Assembly (NCBI GenBank): GCA_016295665.1
Contig: JAEDKS010000001.1
Coordinates: 1 to 41,162, forward strand
DNA: 41,162 nt
Direction: 5' to 3'
Source: Clostridia bacterium
Lineage (GTDB): Bacteria; Bacillota; Clostridia; Christensenellales; Aristaeellaceae
Shown here one piece after another: positions 1 through 6,745 of this stretch. Made by a program: the position numbers and the translations under genes. The notes beneath the pieces were generated by a model. The model ran no database searches and had not been told where the DNA came from. It saw nothing but the letters and a program-made list of their open reading frames with translations. Position 1 is the first letter of the stretch, and each line of letters begins with the position of its first letter.

Positions 1-423
1 GCGCTGCGGGCGCAGGCGGCCCGCCTCAGACGGTGGGACGCGCTGGTGCAGCGCCTTCAGCTGCTGCTGCAGGAGAGCGCCTATGCCCTGCCCGACGCCC
101 TGGCGATGGCGGCGGACGGCACGGGCCTGCCGGATCAGGCCCTGCAGACCGTCGCCCGGGGGCTGCGGACAGCGCCGAGGGAGCCTCTGTCCGCACAGGT
201 GCGCGCCCTGGCCCTCCCGATGCCGGAGCGGGACGTGCTGGAGCGCATGGCGGAGCGGCTGAGCCACGGCAGCCTGGAGGCCCGGTGCCTCGCGGTGGAG
301 CAGGCCCGCGCCGAGCTGGCGCCCCTGTGCGAGGAGGCGGGACAGACCGTCCGGCGGGATGCGCGGATGTGGGCCTCCCTGGGCTGGACGGTGGGGGCCT
401 GTGTGACCATTCTGCTGTTGTGA
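1..423 (+). CDS. spoIIIAB: Stage III sporulation protein AB, 5'-truncated by the window edge
   Basis: Frame 1 is open from base 1 (the ORF track lists 46..423). It has a C-terminal hydrophobic segment and sits directly upstream of spoIIIAC-AH in the canonical order. Confidence 0.7.
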   Translation, partial: ALRAQAARLRRWDALVQRLQLLLQESAYALPDALAMAADGTGLPDQALQTVARGLRTAPREPLSAQVRALALPMPERDVLERMAERLSHGSLEARCLAVEQARAELAPLCEEAGQTVRRDARMWASLGWTVGACVTILLL

Positions 424-432
424 GGAGAGAGC

Positions 433-630
433 ATGCAGATCGAGCTTCTGTTTCGGATCGCCGGGGTTGGCGTGCTGACCTGGGTGGTGTGCGCCGTGCT
501 GCGGCAGGCGGGCCGCGACGAGCTGTCCACCCTGGCGGCGGTGGCGGGGGTTGCCATCGCGCTGCTGATGGTGGTGGACATCATCTCGCAGCTCTTTGGC
601 AGCGTGCAGACCATCTTTCAACTCTACTGA
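433..630 (+). CDS. spoIIIAC: Stage III sporulation protein AC (65 aa, two TM segments)
   Basis: Sequence MQIELLFRIAGVGVLTWVV...QTIFQLY has the size and pattern typical of SpoIIIAC. Its position in the operon also fits. Confidence 0.85.
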   Translation: MQIELLFRIAGVGVLTWVVCAVLRQAGRDELSTLAAVAGVAIALLMVVDIISQLFGSVQTIFQLY

Positions 631-644
631 CGCGAGGTGCGGCG

Positions 645-1031
645 ATGAACGCTTTGAAGCTGGCGGGCTTCGCGGTGGGGGCGGCACTCATCCTGCTGCT
701 GCTGCGCCGCCTGAAGCCGGAGGTGGCGACGGTGGCGGCGGTGGCGGCGGGGTGCATGCTGCTGCTCATGGCGCTGCCCGGGGTGCGGGAGATCATGACC
801 GGGCTGGTAACCCTGTCGGAGAAGGGCGGCGTGCAGGACGGGTACCTGATGCAGCTGCTGAAGGTGACGGGCATCAGCCTGCTCATGGACTTCGCCTCCC
901 AGACCTGCCGGGATGCCGGGGAGGAAGGACTGGCGATGAAAACGGAGCTGGCGGGGCGGGTGATGCTGCTGACGCTGGCGCTGCCCGCCATGGAGACGCT
1001 GCTGCGGCAGATGATGGAGCTGTCGCCATGA
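645..1031 (+). CDS. spoIIIAD: Stage III sporulation protein AD (128 aa membrane protein)
   Basis: Uses the internal ATG at 645 of ORF 33..1031. The upstream part of that ORF overlaps spoIIIAB/AC in another frame. The product is hydrophobic, SpoIIIAD-like, and in the canonical position. Confidence 0.8.
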   Translation: MNALKLAGFAVGAALILLLLRRLKPEVATVAAVAAGCMLLLMALPGVREIMTGLVTLSEKGGVQDGYLMQLLKVTGISLLMDFASQTCRDAGEEGLAMKTELAGRVMLLTLALPAMETLLRQMMELSP

Positions 1032-2170
1032 GGCGCCTGACGGCCCTGGCCCTGCTGCTGGCGGCGCTGCTCGTACCGGTGTCGGGGGCCTGCGGGGAGG
1101 TCACGCTGAGCGACGCGCTGGATCAGGTCATCGATGGTCTGGATACCGCCGCGCTGGAGGAGGCGCTGCAGTCCGCCGACCCCTTCGCGGCGACGGGCGG
1201 CTTCCGGGAGACGCTGCGGAAAATCGCGCGGGGTGAGCTGACGCTCTCCTTCGATGACATGATGCGGCTTCTTCTGAACCGCTTCGCCTCCGCGTGGACG
1301 GGCAGCCTGTGGCGGATCACCCGGCTGTGCGCGCCGGCGGTCATCTGGAGCATTCTCAGAAGGCTGTCCGGCAGGAGCGCGGAGGCGGGGCAGGTGGTGT
1401 GCAGCCTGCTGGTGTGCGTGTTCCTCTCGCAGGACCTGAGCGAGCACAGCAGCCTGTGCCTGACGACCATGGATCGGATGAGCAGCGGGATGCAGGGCCT
1501 TTTTCCGCTGCTGCTGACGATGATGGCGGCGGTGGGCGGCTCGGCGGGCTCGGCGCTGCTGCAGCCGGCGGTGGTCACGGCGGCAAGCTCCATGACGGGA
1601 CTGATCCGGCACGTCACCGTCCCGCTCACGGCGGGGGCGGCGGTGCTGACCATGCTGTGCTATCTGGGCGACGGCGTGCGGGTGACCCGGCTGGCGAAGC
1701 TGCTGCGGCAGCTGGCGAGCTGGTCGCTGGGGGTCTGCTTCACGGTGTTCATCGGCGTGCTGGCGACCCGGGGCGTGACGGCGGCGGCGGTGGACGGCGT
1801 AACCATCCGCACCGCGAAGTACGCCATGGACAACCTGATTCCTGTGGTGGGCGGGCTCTTTGCGGACACGGTGGACGCGCTCATCGGCAGCGGCATGCTG
1901 GTGCAGAGCGCTCTGGGGGTCACGGGGCTGCTGCGGATCGTCTCCTGGTGCATCGGCCCCAGGGGTCAGACGCTGGCGGCGGCGGTGCTCTACAAGCTGA
2001 CCGCCGCCGTGATGCAGCCCGTGTCCGACGGCCCGCTGGCGGACTGCATCCACGAGTTTTCCGAGCTGCTCATGCTGCTTTTCATCATCCAGCTGTGCGC
2101 CGCGGCGATGTTTCTCATGCTCATCGCGCAGCTGATTGCGGTGAGCGGCATGACGATGATGCTGAGGTGA
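1028..2170 (+). CDS. spoIIIAE: Stage III sporulation protein AE (380 aa polytopic membrane protein with signal peptide)
   Basis: ATG at 1028 overlaps the spoIIIAD stop (ATGA). Signal-like N-terminus MRRLTALALLLAALL is followed by multiple TM segments. Position in the operon fits. Confidence 0.85.
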   Translation: MRRLTALALLLAALLVPVSGACGEVTLSDALDQVIDGLDTAALEEALQSADPFAATGGFRETLRKIARGELTLSFDDMMRLLLNRFASAWTGSLWRITRLCAPAVIWSILRRLSGRSAEAGQVVCSLLVCVFLSQDLSEHSSLCLTTMDRMSSGMQGLFPLLLTMMAAVGGSAGSALLQPAVVTAASSMTGLIRHVTVPLTAGAAVLTMLCYLGDGVRVTRLAKLLRQLASWSLGVCFTVFIGVLATRGVTAAAVDGVTIRTAKYAMDNLIPVVGGLFADTVDALIGSGMLVQSALGVTGLLRIVSWCIGPRGQTLAAAVLYKLTAAVMQPVSDGPLADCIHEFSELLMLLFIIQLCAAAMFLMLIAQLIAVSGMTMMLR

Positions 2171-2175
2171 TAAAA

Positions 2176-2448
2176 ATGGAGCTGCTCTGGCGGTTTTCGG
2201 CGCTGTCCATGTGCTGCTGCGCGGTGCTGACCCTGCTGCGGGAGGGGACGCTGCGAAGGACGGCGGTGTTTGTGGTGGGGGTGCTGCTGGTGAGCCTGTG
2301 GGTGGACGGCGTGGGGGCGCTGCTGCCGTCCCTGCGTCTGGACGCGGGGGAGGCGCCGGAGACGGTGCTGACGGAGGTGCGCTTCGTCCCCTCCGATTCG
2401 GCGGAGGAGGTCTATGCAAGACGTGCGGAGGGGGAGAGCCTGCCATGA
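2176..2448 (+). CDS. spoIIIAF: Stage III sporulation protein AF-position ORF (90 aa, unusually short)
   Basis: ATG at 2176 lies 6 nt after the spoIIIAE stop. It has two hydrophobic segments. The call rests mainly on position between AE and AG. Confidence 0.55.
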   Translation: MELLWRFSALSMCCCAVLTLLREGTLRRTAVFVVGVLLVSLWVDGVGALLPSLRLDAGEAPETVLTEVRFVPSDSAEEVYARRAEGESLP

Positions 2449-2795
2449 GCAAGCTGATGGAGCGCCTGCGGCGGGACGGCTGGATCTTCGCGCTCATCGG
2501 GCTGTGCGTGCTGCTGTGCCTGACGCTGGGCAGCGGCGGCACCGGGGAGGCGCAGAGCAGCGCCACACCGCTGGAGGCGCAGCTGTCCCGGGTGCTGTCC
2601 GCCATGGAGGGCGCGGGACGGGTGGAAGTGGCGGTGTCCTTCCAGGATGAGGACGGGACGGTGCCCTGCGGCGCGGTGGTGGTGGCGGACGGGGCGGGGG
2701 ACGTTTCCGTGCAGCTCCGGCTGACCCGCGCTGTCATGACGCTGCTGGAATTGGACGCGGACGAGATCAGTATTTTTCAGCGCAAGGAGGAATAG
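2445..2795 (+). CDS. spoIIIAG: Stage III sporulation protein AG-like (116 aa; TM plus short ring-building-motif-like domain)
   Basis: ATG at 2445 overlaps the AF stop. One TM is followed by LSRVLSAMEGAGRVEVAVSF...GAVVVADGAGDVSVQLRLTRAVMTLLELDADEISIF, which resembles the SpoIIIAG C-terminal motif. Confidence 0.65.
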   Translation: MSKLMERLRRDGWIFALIGLCVLLCLTLGSGGTGEAQSSATPLEAQLSRVLSAMEGAGRVEVAVSFQDEDGTVPCGAVVVADGAGDVSVQLRLTRAVMTLLELDADEISIFQRKEE

Positions 2796-2797
2796 CG

Positions 2798-3310
2798 ATG
2801 CTCACATGGTTCATGAAGTACCGGAACCTGCTGCTGCTGGGGCTGCTGGTGGTGATGCTGGCGGTGTCGTCGCAGCTGAACACGAGCCGCATCTCGGAGG
2901 AATCCACGGCGGTCGCCCTGCCGGTGACCTACAGCGGCAGCGCCGCGCAGCAGACGCCCATGGAGGTCTACCGCCAGCAGCGGGACGAAACGGCGCTGCA
3001 GGACATGGCGGCGCTGCAGGCGCTGGTGGATGCGTCGGAGGTGGACGAACAGACCCGGGAGGATGCCGCCCTTCGTCTGCAAACGCTGGTCTCGCAGCGG
3101 GAGCAGCAGTCCGCCCTGGAGGGCGCGCTGCTGGAGAGCGGGCTGTGGCCCTGCGTGGCGGTGGTGACCCCCGGCAGCGTGACCGTGGTCACGGGCCGGG
3201 AGAGCCTGAGCGAGGAGGAGCGCACCCTGCTGCTGACCATGGTGCAGGCGCACACGGAGGTGGATGCAGGAGGCGTGCGGATCGTCTGCGGATATTCGGG
3301 AGAAAAATGA
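2798..3310 (+). CDS. spoIIIAH: Stage III sporulation protein AH (170 aa)
   Basis: N-terminal TM, a Q/E-rich linker, and a C-terminal VAVVTPGSVTVVTGRESLSEEERTLLLTMVQ domain typical of SpoIIIAH. It is the last gene of the spoIIIA order. Confidence 0.75.
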   Translation: MLTWFMKYRNLLLLGLLVVMLAVSSQLNTSRISEESTAVALPVTYSGSAAQQTPMEVYRQQRDETALQDMAALQALVDASEVDEQTREDAALRLQTLVSQREQQSALEGALLESGLWPCVAVVTPGSVTVVTGRESLSEEERTLLLTMVQAHTEVDAGGVRIVCGYSGEK

Positions 3311-3320
3311 AGAAAGGGGG

Positions 3321-3348
3321 TTTGCAACGCGGGAAAACGTGGTATAAT
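3321..3348 (+). promoter_or_regulatory. Sigma-A-type promoter (TTTGCA, 16 nt, TGgTATAAT extended -10)
   Basis: TTTGCA at 3321..3326 and TATAAT at 3343..3348, preceded by TG at 3340-3341. It lies about 50 nt upstream of the RseC-like start. Confidence 0.5.
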
Positions 3349-3396
3349 AGAAGTGGGAAAATGCCCGCTCGGGCAGGACAGAAGGAGGCGTACAGC

Positions 3397-3834
3397 ATGG
3401 AACGGATAGGTGAGGTTACGGCGGTGCGCGGCGAGTGTGTGGAGATCACATTCTGCCGTCCGACGGACTGCGGCAAGTGCCATGCGTGCCAGGGGGCGAG
3501 GGACAGGATGCAGGTGACGGTGAAGGGGACGGCGGAGGTTGGCGACTTCGCCGTGGTGGACATGCCCTCCGCCACGGTCATGAAGGCCTCCCTGCTGGCG
3601 TATGTGCTGCCCCTGGGCGGCCTGCTGGCGGGTGTCGCGGCGGGCACGCTGCTCTTTCCCGCGCAGGAGGCGGTCGCCGGCATCGTCGGCGGCGCACTGG
3701 GTCTGGCGGTGACGCTGGGCGCTGTCGCCCTGACGGAGAAGAAGCGCCGGAATGACCCGCAGTGGCGTCCGCAGCTCCTGCGCGTGATCCCCAAGGCGGA
3801 GTGCCCCGCGGCCACGGCTTCCACCGGGCTGTGA
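3397..3834 (+). CDS. RseC/MucC-family (SoxR-reducing-system-type) membrane protein
   Basis: ATG at 3397 is preceded by GAAGGAGG at 3381..3388. N-terminal GECVEITFCRPTDCGKCHAC Cys cluster is followed by two TM helices, which is the RseC-family layout. Confidence 0.7.
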   Translation: MERIGEVTAVRGECVEITFCRPTDCGKCHACQGARDRMQVTVKGTAEVGDFAVVDMPSATVMKASLLAYVLPLGGLLAGVAAGTLLFPAQEAVAGIVGGALGLAVTLGAVALTEKKRRNDPQWRPQLLRVIPKAECPAATASTGL

Positions 3835-3898
3835 GCGATGACGCCATGCGGCCCGGGGAACCGGAAAAACAATCAAACAATCATGATGACTGAGGTGA

Positions 3899-4222
3899 AT
3901 GGAAATGGCCATGGAAATCAAATCGGAAACCTTTGACAGCTTTGTGAATCAGCCGGACAAGACCGTGCTGGTGGACTTCTGGGCCTCCTGGTGCGGCCCC
4001 TGCCGGATGCTCTCGCCCGTGGTGGACGAGGTGAGCCGCGAGCATGAGGACACCCTCAGCGTGGGCAAGGTGAACGTGGACGACTGCCCCGACCTGGCGA
4101 AGAAGTTCGGCGTGATGAGCATTCCCACCCTGCTGCTGTTCAAGGGCGGTCAGCTGGTGGATCAGCGCGTGGGCTACATGCCCAAGTCGGAGCTGAACGA
4201 AATGGTGGAGAAGGCGCTGTAA
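3899..4222 (+). CDS. trxA: Thioredoxin
   Basis: WCGPC active site, about 105 aa, and a GVMSIPTLLLFKGG motif. The start could be 3899, 3905 or 3911. Confidence 0.93.
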   Translation: MEMAMEIKSETFDSFVNQPDKTVLVDFWASWCGPCRMLSPVVDEVSREHEDTLSVGKVNVDDCPDLAKKFGVMSIPTLLLFKGGQLVDQRVGYMPKSELNEMVEKAL

Positions 4223-4258
4223 GCCCTGCGGCGTTCGTGTTCTTTCGCTGTTTTTTCC

Positions 4259-4287
4259 TTGACAAGCGGAACGCGCCGTGCTACAAT
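4259..4287 (+). promoter_or_regulatory. Consensus sigma-A promoter for the aspS leader (TTGACA, 17 nt, TACAAT)
   Basis: TTGACA at 4259..4264, a 17-nt spacer, and TACAAT at 4282..4287. A T-tract lies just upstream. Confidence 0.7.
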
Positions 4288-4293
4288 AGCGTC

Positions 4294-4618
4294 AATTTCA
4301 CAGGAGCGCAAGCTCCGCAAAGGCTGTGAAAAGCAGCAGTAGCCGGAAACCAGCCAGGCAGAGAGCCGCGTGAAGGTGCGAGTGCGGCAGGTGAGGAACG
4401 GTGAAGAAACAGCTTGGAGCCGCCGCCCGAACGCCCTTCCGAAGGAAGCGGTCAGTAGGCACGGACGGGTGAAGCCCGTAACAGCTTCGGGCAATCGGAC
4501 GATTCCGAAAGCGGAAAGGTCCCGTTGCTGATGAGATAAGTCTGAAGAAGGCTTAATTTGGGTGGTACCGCGAAGACAGGCGTCCTTCGTCCCATGACAG
4601 GGAGGAAGGACGCTTTTT
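4294..4618 (+). promoter_or_regulatory. T-box riboswitch leader (tRNA-sensing), putative Asn (AAC) specifier
   Basis: Stem I elements: K-turn GGC-UGUGAA-AAGC with GCUU-GGA-GCC, AGUA at 4338..4341, AG bulge CAGAGAG, and distal loop GGUGCGA. The specifier loop 3' strand GAAGA-AAC-A is at 4403..4411. The T-box sequence AATTTGGGTGGTACCGCG is at 4555..4572. A terminator follows. Confidence 0.85.
4580..4618 (+). terminator. Intrinsic terminator of the aspS T-box leader
   Basis: GCGTCCTTC at 4580..4588 pairs with GAAGGACGC at 4605..4613 and is followed by TTTTT at 4614..4618. Its 5' side overlaps the antiterminator/T-box region. Confidence 0.8.
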
Positions 4619-4652
4619 CATGGAAACAGCCATGGAGCAAGGAGGAATCAGG

Positions 4653-6728
4653 ATGAAGCGGACGCATTATTGCGGACAGATTCGCAGGGAGCATATGGGG
4701 CAGACGGCCACGCTGTGCGGCTGGGTGCAGACCAAGCGCGACATGGGCGGCGTCATCTTCCTGGACGTGAAGGACCGGGAGGGCATCGCGCAGGTGGTGT
4801 GTGACCTGTCCTACCTGCCGGAGGAGGACTTCCACCGGGCGGAGAGCGTGCACATGCAGAGCGTGGTGCAGGTGACGGGCGAAATCCGCCACCGGGACGA
4901 GAGCACCTACAACCCGCGCCTGCTCACGGGCGAGGTGGAGCTGAAGGCCACGGCGCTGGAGGTGCTGAGCGAGGCGAAGCCCCTGCCCTATGCGCTGGAT
5001 GAGGACGCGAAGGTGCGCGAGGAGCTGCGGCTGAAGTACCGCTACCTCGACCTGCGCCGCCCCGCCATGCAGAACGCGCTGCGCTTCCGCCACAAGGTGC
5101 AGCTGGCGACGGAGCATTTCCTGGACGCGGAGGGCTTCTGTCAGGTGGAGACGCCCATGCTGTGCAAATCCACCCCCGAGGGCGCCCGCGACTATCTGGT
5201 GCCCAGCCGCGTGCATCCGGGCACCTTCTACGCCCTGCCCCAGAGCCCGCAGATTTTCAAGCAGCTGCTGATGGTGGGCGGGCTGGACCGGTACTATCAG
5301 GTCGCCCGCTGCTTCCGCGACGAGGATCTCCGCGCCGACCGTCAGCCGGAGTTCACGCAGGTGGACATGGAGATGTCCTTCGTGGATCAGGAGGACATCC
5401 TGCAGCACCTGGAAAAGCTGTTCAAGACCGTGTTCCATGAGGTGATGGGCAGGACGGTGGACTACACCTTCCCGCGCCTGACCTGGCAGGAGTCCATGGA
5501 CTGGTACGGCTGCGACAAGCCCGACCTGCGCTTTGGCATGCGCATCCGCGACGTGACGGAGCTGGCCTCCCGCTGTACCTTCTCGGTGTTCCGCAAGGTG
5601 GCGGATCAGGGCGGCAAGGTGCGGGCGCTGAACTGCAAGGGCTGCGGCGACAAATTCACCCGTACCACCATCGAAACGCTGACCGACCATGCCGTCTCCT
5701 ACGGGGCCAAGGGCATGGCGTGGATTCTGATTCACGAGAGCGGCGAGGTCAACTCCATTCTGCAGAAGTACTTCACCAGGGCCCAGTGGCAGGAGCTGCT
5801 GGATGCGCTGGACGCTGAGAACGGCGACTTCATCCTGTTCTGCGCGGACAAGTTTGAGGTGGTGTGCCGGACGCTGTGCGGTCTGCGTCTGGAGGTGGGC
5901 GACATGCTGGGCCTGCGCCCCAGGGATGATTATCAGTTCTGCTTCGTGACCGACTTCCCGGAGTTCGAGTGGAGCGAGGACGAGCAGCGCTGGGTGGCGA
6001 CCCACCATCCCTTTACCATGCCCTACGAGGAGGACATGCAGTACCTCTTTACCGACCCGGGCCGGGTTCGCTCCCAGGCCTACGACGTGGTGCTCAACGG
6101 CACCGAGCTGGGCAGCGGCTCCATCCGAATCCACCGCGCCGATGTGCAGGCGACCATGTTCCGGGCCCTGGGCTTCACCGAGGAGTCGGCGCGGCAGCGC
6201 TTCGGCTTCCTGATCGACGCCTTCCAGTACGGCACCCCGCCCCATGGTGGCTTTGCCTTCGGTCTGGATCGCTTCGTGATGCTGCTGCTGGGCGCGGACA
6301 GCCTGCGCGATGTCATCGCGTTCCCGAAGGTGCGCGACGCCTCCTGCCTGATGACCGGCGCGCCGGACTTCGTGGACGCGGAGCAGCTGGAGGTGCTGAA
6401 GCTGGGCGTGGCGGCGGGCGCCGACGAGACGAAGCGCCCGAAGCGCAAGCCCACCATGGCGGTTCGTCAGGTGGCGGAGCTGGCAAAGCTGGCCCTGAGC
6501 CCCGAGGAGGAGGAGCGGATGGGCGGCGAGCTGTCCACCATCCTCCAGTTTGCCGAGACGCTGCAGGGCGTGGACACCACGGATGTGCCCATGACCGCGC
6601 ATGTGATCCCCACCGAGAACGTGTTCCGCGAGGATGTCCCCGAGGCGCCCTTCGACCGTGCCCTGCTGCTGCAGAACGCGGCCACCGCCACGGAGACCTG
6701 CCCCACGGTGCCCAAGACCTTTGAATGA
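4653..6728 (+). CDS. aspS: Aspartate-tRNA ligase with an in-frame C-terminal GatC domain (AspRS-GatC fusion, 691 aa)
   Basis: Start MKRTHYCG at 4653 has GGAGG 7 nt upstream. Class II AspRS motifs are present (FYALPQSPQ, RCFRDEDLRADRQPEFTQVD, GGFAFGLDR). After ...EQLEVLKLGV a basic linker runs without a stop into MAVRQVAELAKLALSPEEEERMGGELSTILQFAETLQGVDTTDV...NVFREDV..., which is GatC-like. Confidence 0.85.
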   Translation: MKRTHYCGQIRREHMGQTATLCGWVQTKRDMGGVIFLDVKDREGIAQVVCDLSYLPEEDFHRAESVHMQSVVQVTGEIRHRDESTYNPRLLTGEVELKATALEVLSEAKPLPYALDEDAKVREELRLKYRYLDLRRPAMQNALRFRHKVQLATEHFLDAEGFCQVETPMLCKSTPEGARDYLVPSRVHPGTFYALPQSPQIFKQLLMVGGLDRYYQVARCFRDEDLRADRQPEFTQVDMEMSFVDQEDILQHLEKLFKTVFHEVMGRTVDYTFPRLTWQESMDWYGCDKPDLRFGMRIRDVTELASRCTFSVFRKVADQGGKVRALNCKGCGDKFTRTTIETLTDHAVSYGAKGMAWILIHESGEVNSILQKYFTRAQWQELLDALDAENGDFILFCADKFEVVCRTLCGLRLEVGDMLGLRPRDDYQFCFVTDFPEFEWSEDEQRWVATHHPFTMPYEEDMQYLFTDPGRVRSQAYDVVLNGTELGSGSIRIHRADVQATMFRALGFTEESARQRFGFLIDAFQYGTPPHGGFAFGLDRFVMLLLGADSLRDVIAFPKVRDASCLMTGAPDFVDAEQLEVLKLGVAAGADETKRPKRKPTMAVRQVAELAKLALSPEEEERMGGELSTILQFAETLQGVDTTDVPMTAHVIPTENVFREDVPEAPFDRALLLQNAATATETCPTVPKTFE

Positions 6729-6745
6729 GAGAGGAGGCAATCGCC

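Noticed and set aside
33-644. N-terminal 204 codons of ORF 33..1031
   Set aside because: This part overlaps spoIIIAB and spoIIIAC in another frame and encodes Gly/Arg/Ala/Pro low-complexity sequence. Only the part from the ATG at 645 (SpoIIIAD) is credible.
581-2737. 718-aa ORF on the minus strand spanning spoIIIAD-AG
   Set aside because: It is antisense to five well-supported sporulation genes. Its product is extremely R/A/P/G/H-rich with no family resemblance, which is typical of a stop-codon-poor shadow frame in GC-rich DNA.
4620-4652. Upstream ATG at 4620 as the aspS start (METAMEQGGIR...)
   Set aside because: It lies immediately after the T-run of the T-box terminator (4614..4618) and has no ribosome-binding site. 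The ATG at 4653 has GGAGG 7 nt upstream and gives the canonical MKRTHYCG N-terminus.
6456-6728. Independent gatC gene starting at the internal ATG at 6456
   Set aside because: No stop codon separates it from aspS, and no Shine-Dalgarno sequence precedes it, so I treat it as a fused domain. Internal initiation cannot be excluded from sequence alone.
4452-6740. 762-aa minus-strand ORF antisense to aspS, with further antisense ORFs at 6467..8029 and 8158..9831 opposite gatA and gatB
   Set aside because: These are shadow ORFs of strongly supported genes. Their composition is H/Q/R/L/A-rich, and they have no ribosome-binding sites or motifs.
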